A DNA stretch of 64,000 bases from Camelus dromedarius (Eukaryota), in assembly GCF_036321535.1 (NCBI RefSeq), contig NC_087438.1, positions 684,001 through 748,000 of the forward strand, in the 5' to 3' direction. Shown one piece after another: positions 37,686 to 50,100 of the stretch (position 1 is its first letter; each line of letters starts with the position of its first letter). Position numbers and translations under genes: made by a program. The notes beneath the pieces are model-generated. The model ran no database searches. It was not told where the DNA came from and was given only the letters and a program-made list of their open reading frames with translations.

Positions 37686-40238
37686 AGGGCCCGGGGTACT
37701 CTGAGCTGCCAGGTTTGGGAAGCCCTTTGCTCTACAGCGACCTTCACAGGGGAGGGTCCCATGGCCCGGCGCGGAGCACATGCCGGGGTTTCAGTGCCGA
37801 GGGAGGGGCAGGGGTGTGGGACAGGGGGATGAGCACTCGGCACTGCTTGGGGGCCAGGGGCACCGTCTGTGCCCTTTCACTCCTTTCTAGTCTTGAACTG
37901 GTCTTGCTGCACCCATGTCCGGGGACACACGCGTGAATGAGCTTCCTCACGGGCCATTTAGATCTAGGGAAACCTGAAAAACTAGATTTTTTTCCTTTGC
38001 TTCTCAAAATTTTATTATTTTCATGGTGCACCCTGAGGAGAACTGGCAGTCTGCATGGTGGTTTTAAAAACGAGATAAATCAGAAAGAAGTCTTACCCAG
38101 CTGAGACGGAGCAGAGCACACGCCTTCTCCAGGTAAAACTACAAGTGATTCTGAAGGAAAACATGGCAAAACGCACTTACTAGAGAAACAGGGTTCTGGG
38201 AGCTGGAAGTTAGAGCAGTGCTGACTGGCCTCTTGGGTCTGGTCTGTCAAGGAAATGCCAGACACAGGCCGGGGCGCCGGGAGACCGCGGTGGCTGTGGT
38301 GGGTCAGCAGGCCCCCGCTGTGGGGCCCGGGACACGTCCCCCTGCATGGAGTGCCCTCCGCCCTGGGCAGTGGGCCAGTCCTCCCCAGTGAGGGCCCCGC
38401 AGGGCCGGCTCGCAGGGCGGGTGGCGCCAGCCCCTCTCTGGTCATCTCTCCTGCACTCACGATGTGCTCTGTGGACTTGGGTCCGTCATAAACACATCGG
38501 CTCCATCGCTCAGATGTGGTCGGCAGCAGCAGTAAACAGGCCACGGCCATAAACTGCGACAGACACCCTGCTCTCACGCTCAGCCTGTTTGGTCTGCATT
38601 AGCAACGACCCATCCAAGGTGCACTCCAAGTGGCCCTGTCAGGGACGTCCCAGAAGGAAGCCGGGGAGTTGCTCACTGTCATCAAAACGCCACTGACCGG
38701 CTTTGTGCTGCCCCGGAGCACCAGGCAGAGAGCCCACCCACAGGTCACACCCTGAGCCACCCCCTCCTGTTCAGGCCCCCGCAGTGGTCTGAAGGCACAG
38801 CCTCGGCAAAGTCACGGCAGGGCAGGCTGGCTCATCCCAAGAAAACCCGCTGGCCCTGGACAATGGATTCTCTCTCTTGAGGCACCTCACAGGGATCTGA
38901 GGCTGGGGTGGACGCAGAAGGCGGGGATCTGACCAGGGACACAGAGGGGCTCTGACAGGCTACTGTGAGAAGGGCACCCCTCTGTTCTCAAACCAGCCCC
39001 TCCACACCCTCCAGTCCCTTCTCCCTGCCGGCTGAGCTGTGTCCGCACAACCTCACCCTTCCCCACCTCCTAACTCCTGACCCTGACCGAGGACTAAGCC
39101 AGCTGCTGTCTGCTTTGCACCAGGGTCACCAGAGAAGACAGCCCCCAGGGCAGCCTCCAAACCTCCCCACCCACCAGCAGCTTCAGGAACTAGTTTAAAA
39201 TTCAAATTCCTGAGCCCCATCCCAGAAGTGCTGAGCCAAAAACTTGGGGAAGGGGCAGCCCCAGTGTGATTCACCCCTCAGGGGACTCAGGGCTCAGGGG
39301 GAAACCTGCCCCTTGCCTCTGATAAACTCTCTCTGGGGACCCTGGCCACCACCTAGTCCCTGATCTCAATCACCTCCTTGCAGCCAGCGCACACATCTCT
39401 GACCACATCTCTCCCCAACCTGGGGCCCACCTGTTCTCCCCGAAGTCTTCCACCCAGCCCCACCTTTCAAAGCATGACCCTTGACCTTGAGCAGAGTGCC
39501 ATGTTCCCAGCCCTTCCTGCTGCCCCTTCTGCCCCACCCAATGCAGGGAGGACCCCAGGTGTGTCCCTTGGAGATCTCACCCTCAGGGACCCAAGGAGCT
39601 CCCCTCTGCAGAGCCCCACCACTTTCCCAAGTCTAACATGCACCTCCCTGGGCACCATGCCTGAGTTCAGCTAAGTGGACATGACAGCACAGGACAGAAG
39701 GAATCCCACAGTGGCCAGGATGCAGGAATAGGAGAGGCAGGGTCACCTCACCCTTCAGGAGCCTGGATGGCAGAGGGGACAGACAGGGGGACACATACGG
39801 ACTGACTGCCTGAGCTCGTCCCCCTGCCCGGGTCCAGAACACGGGGACAGGTCAGGAGACTACAGCATCGGGGAAGGGACAGGGCTGGACTTGGACCCGT
39901 GTCCATGGCCTTCACTGCTGACTCCACAGAACCCTCCGGAAAGATGAGAATCACGTGGTCCACCATGAAGATCATGGCCAGAGAAATGCACTCAGGAGGA
40001 ATCCTACTGTCCCGGACCAGAGAACTGCCCTGTCCACTCTTGAGCGCCCAGGCAGCTTGGCCAACGCCAGCTGCAAGACGGTGGGTGCCTGGCTGGGGCC
40101 TCCCCATCCGCTGCCCAGATGCACCTGCCCCATGGGAGTACCTCCCTCCCTCACATCCCACCCCAGGAAATCCCCTCCGACCTTGACCAGGCCAGTGACC
40201 CACGTGCACCACCCACGCACACCAGTAAAAGCACACTT

Positions 40239-40282
40239 TTTAATAATTACAGAGCACGGTACTTATTGGCGCACAATTTAAT
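40239..40282 (-). terminator. Candidate TERT polyadenylation signals (ATTAAA at 40282-40277 and 40244-40239)
   Basis: Two ATTAAA hexamers on the minus strand about 730-770 nt after the stop, followed by a GU-rich tract. Confidence 0.55.
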
Positions 40283-41007
40283 GCAAAGACCGAGAAAAAT
40301 TTAAAACTACACAAATAGAGGTTCACTATCTTCCTCACTGGGGTGAGGCGTGGGGGCTAGGAGGTGTGGCGGAGCACCACCAGGAGGACCTGGGGCCCGT
40401 GCTGAGCGAGGACCAGCATGGAAGAGTCAGGAAGTGGGGGTGGGGGACGGGCCAGGCCAGAGGCCAGGGCAAGGCCGGGTGAGGACAGGCCTCAAACAGC
40501 TGACTGGGCCCATTTGCTTCTGGGGAAAGTTCAGTGGGGCGTGAACTTTGGATGCAGCTGGTGGGGGCGGGGGCAGGGGTGGGGGTGGGGGGCAGGTGCT
40601 GCTCCTGGGGCAGGAGGACGGCTCAAGCCGGGGTGCCACACGGGTCGGCAGGAGCCCACGCCCACCACCGAGCCCCTGCAGGCCTCCCCGTGCCCTTGGG
40701 GACACACGTGCCATCACTGCAGACCAGGAGAAGTGAGTGACAAGTGTCCCCAACACTCCCTGTCCAGATGCCAATGCCCCAGCCAGGCTCTCCCACTTGC
40801 CTCCTCCCGGAGGTCAGCAGGTGAAGGGTGGGCCCCAGTCGCTGGGGGTCATGGTGCGCAGGCCCTGCTTTCCTGAGGACTTGGGGGCCGAACCTCCCCC
40901 AGGGTCTCCAGGGAGACCCCTACCTCGCAGTGCAGCTGGCCCCCTCCAGGATATGGCATCGGGTGGAACGGGGCTCTGGGGCTTCGGGCTGCAAGGAGGG
41001 CTGACTG

Positions 41008-41111
41008 TCAGTCCAAGATGGTCTTAAAGTCTGCGGTCAGGGCAGGGTCAACGGCTGCTTCCAGGGCGGCCAGTGTGGCCCTCGGGAGCCGCCGGCACAG
41101 CTGTGCGCTGG
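41008..41111 (-). CDS. TERT: TERT exon 16 (coding part)
   Basis: [18 protein letters not shown]...DFKTILD-stop. Confidence 0.95.
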
Positions 41112-44100
41112 CTGCAAGGAGGTGACTGAGATCAGGCCTCCTCCCAGAAGCAACCAGAGGACACCGGGGCTGGGGCCGGGGGCACCCTGAGGCTGGGCAG
41201 GCGCCTGTATCAGGCTGAGCCCCGTGGGGTGCCGGCCTCAGAGGCGGGGAGTGGGGAGGTGCTGTGACCTGGGCAGACGTGCCAGGTCCTTGGATGAGGG
41301 AGGGGCCCACAACCCTAGGGGCACCTGCTCCTCTGACACAGAGGAGCCCAGAGGTCCAGTGATGCGTGCACACGGGAGGGGCGAGTCCTGTACCCCACTC
41401 CGCCCACGCTCACCTGCCCGGAGCGGCCCCAGCAGGCAGCTGTAGGTGATGTGGTGACCAGCCAGCTTGAGCCGGAAGGCATGCAGGCAGAGCCACTGTG
41501 CAGCTTCCAAAGGAAACGGGCCTGAGGCGCCCTGGGCCCCCAGTGATGTCCCTGAGGGGACATGTGGAGAGGCTGAGGCCCTGCCCGGCCCCCACCCCAC
41601 CCCAGTACTCCTCCCAGGGGAGACCAAGGGGTCCCTCCAGGCTTGGCACAGAAGTGGGGACATGGGGTGGGGGGCAAACAGGAGACTTCAATTCCAGGGC
41701 CACCCCTACACGGGCACCAGGGGATTCTGATGACTGAAATGTTCCAGTCAACTGCTCCAAAGAAACTTCACAAAAAGAAGTAACAAAAGCGAAGTCTGCT
41801 AAACCAGGACCTCGGAGACACATTCGGCCCAAATCTCACAGGGACCAGAAATGCCCGTGGGAGGGGCTCTGACGGGAACTCTGGGGCGGGGGGAGGGGGG
41901 CAGGACGCCAAGCAGGCTGCACCCCAAGCAGAGACGGCTGTGTGGCTGGCAGGGGCGTCCCTCACTGGGCTCCTCCCTGAGGTGGGCAGCGGTGGCCCAG
42001 GGGCAGCTGGCGACACCCGGCCTCCTCCCGACCGCAGGCCTGGATGTGCGAGCACCCCGAGCGCCGGGGGAGCAGGCCCTGCCCGGAGCAGGCAGAGCGA
42101 GCCAGGGAAGCAGGAAGGACCACCAGCAGGTTCCCAGTGTCCTGCTCCCTCCAGTCACGCAGCGGAGGGCAGGTGAGCTGAGGGCAGCAAGTGAGGGGGG
42201 GCTGCTGTGACCGCGGGGCACATAGCACGCAGCGGGGTGTGTGGGGAGCACCCTCCCTTCACATCGCCCTGGCGACCCCCAGACCCACCTTCCCTGCCCT
42301 GTTCACTGGCGCACCTGAGTTCCTGGCTTTCAAGAGGGAGTAGGCGCGGGATGCGGTGTCGGAGACCACCCGGAGGAAGAACGCGGGATTCCGCCTAACC
42401 GGCTGATTAAAGGGCAGCTGCAGCACGCACGCGTGGAACCTAGGAGACGGCGCCGCTTCAGGGAGTGTCCAGTCGGAACACGCTGGCGTGCGGGTGCCGT
42501 GTGCACCTGGGCTCGTGCGTGCCTGTCAGGTGTTTGTGTCTACGTGCGGCATGTGCACACATGAGCATGTGTGTGTGCACGTGTCTGCAGGTACCCACGT
42601 GACCATGTGACAACCCTCTCGGGGGCCTGTGCCCTGTCTCACCCCCGGGGTCCTCTCTGCCATAAGGTGCAGGTGTGGACCTGGCCGTCCGATCTCACAA
42701 GAGCTCACCAGAACCCTGTGGAGTGGGGAGGAACCATCCCCACCTACGAGAGAGGGGAGCCCGTTCTGGAAACTCGCGAACATCGTGTGCCGGGGCCGGG
42801 GTCAGGCCACACTGCTGTCCTGGGAGGGGCTCGTCCTGCAGGCAGAGGACCCTCTCTGGGGGAGGGGTGGTGCTCCGTGTGGAGTAGGGAGGCCTCCACC
42901 AGCAGGGATTTCCATCTCCCCCGAGAGGAGCTGAGTTTGGTGGGTTCCAGTCTGCTGAGTGCCACGTGACCCCCATGACCTCGCCTGCCCAGCTCTGGTG
43001 GGTGTGACTTGCATGGTCCAGCTTTACACTCCCCACCCTGCCTTGGAGGCGCGGGGTTCCTGGGTCTGCCTGTGTGCGCACCACCCGCGTGTGGAAGCAG
43101 ATGACATCCTTGATGCAGCGGGTGGGGTGCTGGTGGCTCTGCACGGTCACTGTCCCGGGTGCACGTCACCACCTGGACAGAGGTGCACAGGGCCACCTGA
43201 GGGTGGCCTCCCCTGAGCTCAGGTGTCTACAATGTTCCCTGGAGAGCAGGGGTCTGGGGCCAGCTCCCCACAGAGCACAGGGTCCAAGGTGGGGATACAG
43301 AGTGAGACCGCGGGGATCCTGGAGCAGGGTCCCCACCCTTGCTCTTCTCACACCCCCGGAGGTGTGCGGGTGCGCGGGGGTCACTGTGACCCGCGCCCTG
43401 CAGCTGGCATGGCAGGGGCGTGAGCACCTGTCCCGAGGGGGCAGAGGCAGCTGGCAAAGAGCACAGGGGCGCCTTGGGAGGTGCAGGAGGGTGGTCAGGG
43501 CGCTGAGGGGCACCAAAGGCGCACGCACGGCCTCATCACCAAAACAGAGCCCAGGCCCCTGAGTTAGAAGCGGTCTTCCTAGCGGGACTTTTCAGCAGGA
43601 ACTCCCCCCCGAGCCCATCCAGACCCTGCAACGACCGCACGGCCCTGGATAACCGTCCCTCGCGGGCTCTCAGTGGTCGCCCAGCTCCCCATTAGCCGGG
43701 AGACAGCTCTCCCCTCGCTCACTGTCCCCTCGCCCACAGCGCTGCCCCCTGATGGGGCCGTGGGAAGTCAGCTGCCTCCCTGAGTTGCCCAGGCAGGGCT
43801 CCCCCCGAAACCACCGAGAGTGAGGCTGCGGGCAAGAGGACCGGTCAGTGAAGGACAGCGTCCGCCTTCCCGAGGTGGACATGTGGGAACACAAGCGCCA
43901 ATGGCCCATGATCACCAGCCCATCCCCTACTTCCCGGCCGGGGGCTGCAGAGCCCCCGGGGGGCAGGGAGCGTCCTGGAAGCAAGGCTGGGCTGGGCTGG
44001 CCTGGAGCTGCTCTTGAGGGTTTGGGGCCACGGCCCTCTGCTCTCCGGACCCACCCCTGCCCCGTGGCCGCCTTCCTCCAACTCTGCAGCCCCTCCCCTG

Positions 44101-47100
44101 CCCCTCTCACCACAGGGCAGCTAGCACAGGGGGACACGGGACACCCTGGCCACGCTGGCCTCCACCGCTGCCTGGTGCCGGGAGCAGCGCCTCCCGAGCA
44201 GACGGGGACACAGGCGGACAGGCGGTACCTGCTGCTCAGGTGGGTGCTGCGTCCGTCCTCACAGACCCAGAGAGCGCCCTCGCCCCGCCAGGGACCCACC
44301 TGTATGCCTGCAGCAGGAATATCTTGTAAACGTTTGTGAAAACTGTCTGGAGACTGTTCACCTGGAGTCACGAGGAAAGAGAAACGCTGGCAATACCCCT
44401 GGGACTTGAGTTTCTACCTTTTGCTTTATTTCCCCGCACCGGCCACGGGGTCAGGACTCTGTGGGGCCGCCGGCAGGATGATGGGCGGGAAGGACAAGGA
44501 GGTGCGAGCCCAGCCCGGCCGGACCACAACCTCGGCCCGCACCCTGCGAGGAGCCAGGGCGCGGGGGCGCGGCGGCCACTCAGCGGGTGAGGGCAGGGGC
44601 CTCCACACACGCACGTGCACACGCACACGCACACCCAGGATCTAAAAAGCACAGGGGCCCACGGGGGCCTGATGCCAGAGCCCTCGCTCTGAAGCCCCGG
44701 CCGCCGGCCGCCGCCCGCAGCCCACGCACCTGCAGGTCCAGAAAGAGGCCGTGGCACTTCAGCCGCAAGACCGCGAAGAGTTTGCGGCGCATGTTCCTTC
44801 CAGCCTTGAAGCCCTGGTTGAAGGTGAGACTCGCTCTGATCGAGGTCCGGGCGTAACTGAGGGACAGGGTGGGGTCCCGTGTGACACACACGTCCCCCTC
44901 ACGCTGCCAGACACGCACGCCCCACCTTGTCACATGCGGCTCTGATCCACCCCAGTGCCTGGCCTGTACTCACGTGGAGCTGGGCCCAGACCGGCCCCAC
45001 CTGCTGCCCCCTGGGCCCCGGCCTGCATGGGTGTCCACAGACACTGGCTCATGGTGCGGCACGGCCTCGGCCTGGCCTCCTGGACACAAGTCCTTCCAGG
45101 CCTTGTTTGTATCACTGGATCCAAACCTTGGGTCATTTTGCACGTTCCTTCCCGAGGGACAGACATGAGGCCCCATATGGCCTGTGCACTTTTCACTCCA
45201 GAGCACTGGTCACTCAGGCCCACAGTGGGCCCAGCACCTCCCCGGAGTCACCTGTGTGGGCAGGCAGCTCTGGGGAAATGAGGGGGTTGGCAGCCCCCAG
45301 CCAGGTGCCTGCACGTGGGCCCCACAAGCCTGTGGCTTCTCCCAGGAGGAGGTCGCCCCCAACATCCTTGACGCAGGACCAAGCGACCGGCGCAGTCACA
45401 TGATGGGCCCGAAGTGTCAAGGGAAGGGGCCTCGTCAGCCCCGCTGTGCCCGCGGGGTCCTGTGCCTCCCACCCCCGAGTGTGATGTCACGTGACGCGGC
45501 CCACACCCCAGGACGGGCCCTCTCGCCCCAGCTTCCACACTCACACTTGATGTACACTTCCCATTCCCTTAGTCGCACTTTGAAAACAATTTTAACGGCA
45601 GATTGAGGTTTCCCCTTGGTGACACGGCACCCACTGAGCCTTTACCAAGGCCACTTCATCTGCCCCCCAAGCACTTAAAGACGGTCAAATAAAACCTCGG
45701 GTGACGTCTCTCATTTCCATTCTGGGGAAGATTTCCAGAAATGGAATTATTGGGAACCGTGTGAACATTTTAGCCGTGCCCCCTGAATTCACGTGTTGAA
45801 GCCCTGACCGCCAGGGCCGTTTGGGGACAAGTCCTTGAAGGCAGTGAGGAAGATGAACTGAGACCAGGAAGGCGGGCCCTAACCCAGCGGGGCGGGGGCT
45901 GAAGAAGAGAGCGACACTGCCTGGACACAGGGACGACCATGCGAGGCCTCGGGGGGGGGGGGGGGAGACGGGCCTGCAGCACCTGGACCTCAGCTTCCAG
46001 CTCTGGACCGAGGGGTCAGGCCCGTCTGTGGTACTTTGATGGCAGCCTGAGCGGCAGAGGCTGGCACCCACGGCACCGCACACAGAGCAGGCCCCACATG
46101 CTGCAGCCCTGCGCCCCGATGGACCCAAGGCGACCGCAAACCCTGACGTCCAGGGAGACCAAGATGTGTGCTAACGCATGTGCCTGGCCCTAAAGAGACC
46201 TGCGTCTGGCAGGTCCCGAAATCTCGTTAGATCTGCACGCTTCCCTGCAGAACACGCCAGGGTCCCGGAATCTGCTGCACGGTTGTTCTTTTACCAAAAA
46301 CGGCCCAGAAAACTGTGCCCCCCGTGAGCACGTCCCCCCACCCCCCGGATGGGGAGACGGCTCTCTGACCTCTGATCTCTCCAGGTGGCAGCACCTTCAC
46401 TCAGGAGAGGGCAGCCTGAGCGAGTTGCCGGCCAGCTCTCACCTGGAGTAGTCACTGCGCACCTCCAGGGTCTGGGTGTCCAGCAGCAAGCCGCACCAGG
46501 GGAACAGGCAGTGTGCCGGCAGCTGGAGGGGGGCCTGGCCGCCCAGGGCGCCGTCTTCCACGGGGAAGTTCACCACCGTCTTGCGCAGGTTCGCCAGGCA
46601 GCCGTACTCGGGCACGCCTCTGACCAGGGTGCTGAAGTGGAGGGGCCGGTCAGCCACTGGGCAGAGAGGGCCACCCGGGCGGGTCTGGGAAGCACTGGTC
46701 AACACCACTTAAGACCCCGAGAGGCAGCGGGGGCCGAGGGCTGGGACTGGGCAGGCCCCCGAGGAAGGCCGGACACAGCCCTGCTCTGGCCTCAGGCTTC
46801 TAGGCGACCAGTGCTAATAAACAGAGACCAGGCTGGCCGGGCCGGGGAAGGGCAGAAGCAGCGGCGGGGCGGAAGCCGGGCGTGTGGGTGCTGGCCGATG
46901 GGCTTCCCCAAAGGCAGGCCAGTGACCAGAGGCAGGGACACTGTGAGGGCTCAGCTTTGCAACTTTCTTCTTCCTTGGAAACCACACGCTGGAACAAGCC
47001 CCCAGATTCCTGGGGCTGCCCAGAGGGGGACAGGGCTCTAGGGCCACAGCCCAAAGGCGAGGGCCCTGGGGGCCAAGTTGACTTGGGCACCGACCCCTAG

Positions 47101-50100
47101 GCGACCCCCAGAACTTGCAACATCGTCCCCGGGCAAGTCTGGATTCTCTCTCCCCTCACGGCACCCTCTTCTGCAGGGGAGGCCTCAGGGCCTCTCCTCC
47201 GCACCCCATGCTGTGCAGGGCTCAGCCTCCAGGAGGAGCTGCTGATGCTCCAGCCTCTGCCAGGGTGCCGCACGCACGGAGGCCCCATGGGCTCAGTCCC
47301 ACTCTCGGTGGTTCCTGTGTCCCGGCGGCCACGCCCGCGTTCTCAGAGCAGTGGGACTGCACCACGTGACACTCGCCAGAGACACTGGGATGCGCAGGGT
47401 TCTGCAGGGTGGGACGGGAACTGCTTGCTGTGCATGCGTTACGTCCGCAGAAGTGCCCGTGGAGACACACGCATGTGCAGACCCTTACCTGAGAAAAGCC
47501 TTCGCACGCGTCAGGTGGGGTGTGACCAGCAGGAAGTCGTCCACCAAGCGCAGGAGGACCCTGGACAAGGAGAGAAAATGGAGAGCGCTGCCTTTTACAC
47601 CCCGAGCACAACGTCCTCCTGGGGCGCTGAAGGTCGAAAACGTAACATCTGAGTTCCCGCGGGCGTGAATAAAGCGATCTTCTCCCAAGGATCTGAGCAA
47701 GAGACTTACGTGTTTGTGGGATTTGGCATCAGCCGGGGAAGGAGGCCTGTAGTCGGGCCAGGAGGGCACAGTCTTGGTGCCGGGTGGATGCCTGTGGAAC
47801 TGCCCCTGGGCCCCGGCCACACCGTGAGCCACGTGCCATCCCACGCTCTGCTAATGCCTCCCAGGTGACGTTGCAGGGGGAAAGGGTGTGGCCCTGTCTC
47901 CACCCAGGACGAGAAATGCAAACAGGCCAAAGCAAAGCGATGCCCACAGAGGACAGAGGGGTCCTACCCATCCTGCTGCACTCCGGGGAAGACCTTGTCC
48001 TCCATGTCTCCATAGCACAGGCTGCAGAGCAGGGTGGACAGCACGGAGCCCTGGGGGACCCCCTGACACTGGACGTAGGACCTGGGGGGCAGGATGTGGT
48101 TAGAAGGGGGGCCAGCCACGGCAATACGTGTGCGCACACACATATGCCACATCCACCTTGGGGGATGGGGCTCAAGGCGTGTCACACTCCCCACGAAGCC
48201 CTGCCACACGCCTGGCCACATGTGAACAACTTCCTCCACACACATCACAGCAGGTGGGGCCCCTGAGGGCGTCTGGGGTCTCAGGCATGGCCTTTCTTGG
48301 GGAGAGTCACCTCCCAGCTGGTGCCATTTATATGCATGTGCGGGTACGTTTCTTTGGTCGAAACTTGCCCTGCTGTGCGCTTGGCATGCGTGCCTCCCCC
48401 AGGATGTCGGCATGGGTTTACACCGCAGTGTAACAACCTCTGGGTGAGCGTCATAATGACTCAGAAGGTCTTCTAACCAGAAGGTTTCCCAACCTCAGCA
48501 CACGGTTAACGAGCCCCAAGAAGGCTTCACGGTCCAGGCTGACCTCCAAAGGCCGTGGCCATGAGTCTGGAGCCCCAGGACCACCGCCCTCCACAAAAGC
48601 ACATGGGGGTCTCACACAGCGCCTGCCCAGGCAGGTCTGGCTTCACACACATTTAAACAACTGTCTGCCAGGAGCCTCACTCCGCCACATGGGCCGAGCA
48701 GCCGCAGCACCTGTGCGGCCTGTGAAGTCGGGGAGGCAGAGGATGGCACCCACCTGCCCCCAATCCTCATGACATGGTTGTGCACCAGGCGCAGGAAGGA
48801 CTCGAAGAGGCTGCAGCCGGTCTCATTCAGACAGTAGCTCTGGAAGAGACGGGAGCATGGCCACGGGCGGTGAGGATGCCCCCTGGACGCCACTCTGGGC
48901 TGGCCGGGCAGCATATGGTGGGGCCCCGGGAACCGAAGGAAAGACGTCTGGGGTCTTAGCGCCTCACTTGGTGGCAGGGTCACCCTGAAACCATCCTGCA
49001 TGAAGCAGGGATCCTCCCAGGCTGACACCTGGCGGACCCGCCGGGGACACTCTGCTCACGGGGGAGAAAGCGTGGGCCCCCATGGGCAGCTGGAGGAGGG
49101 TCTACAGGGAAAACCTGGCTTGTCCTAAAGGAAGGGGTTCCTCTTCTCTTGGCCTCAAGGTCAAATCAGAGAGATAAGATATGCAGTGAATCAGGAAGGG
49201 CCACGGGTAGCCGCAGAGGGCTCAGTGAGGCGGCAGAAACGTGGCCAAAGGTGGAAGCAAGTCTCTGCCTGCCAGGGAGGGCGTCCACAGCTCCCTCGTC
49301 CCTGACCCAGTGGTGAGCTGGGTGCCCACACTGACCTGCTCGATGACCACGGCGTCCCTCAGCGAGCTGGTGGCCTGCAGATGCTCCACAAACTGTCTCA
49401 TGTACGGCTGGAGGTCCGCAAGGGTGGAAACCTGCTGGTGAGGACGGTGTGAGGTGGGTGGACACCTCCTGGAGCCCTGATGTCACAGGGACTCTCAGGA
49501 TGGGGACAGAGCCCAGGAGGTCCTGACACGCAGCTTCTGCGGTCAGCTCCTCTCCCCACCCACCACAGCCGCTATGACCGCTGATGAAACACAGAGCAAG
49601 GCTGCTTGGGGGGCTCGAAAGGCAGGACGCAGGCAGACTGGGGTCCCAGTCCTTGTGGGGCACCCCACCTTCGCCCCCACTTCTCCCTGAGGTCTGTATC
49701 CATGGTGGGAGGTGGAGTTCGAGCACAAAGTGGGAGCTACGAGGTTGAAGACGTCAGGGTTCAGGGCCACTAAGCAGCTCGGACTGAGGGGCAGCCCTGG
49801 GAGGAGGGGCTGCAGGGAAAGGGCTGCAGGAAAACCTGATTTCTTGAACTCCTCTACAAAACCAAAGCAGACTCACAGACGCAGCAAACACTCTTAGGGT
49901 TACTGGGGGGAAGGGGGTGGGAAGGGATAAATTTGGGTGTTTGAGATTTGCAAATTTTAACTGCTATAGATAAAAATAGATAAAAAACAAATTTCTCCTG
50001 TACAGCACAGGAAACTATATTCAGTGTCTTGTAACAATCTTTAATGAAAAGAAATATGAAAACAAAAATACATCTGTATCTGCGTGACTGGGACACCGTG

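Noticed and set aside
45951..45965. G15 homopolymer
   Set aside because: Lies in an LTR fossil and homopolymer length is error-prone; no evidence of function.
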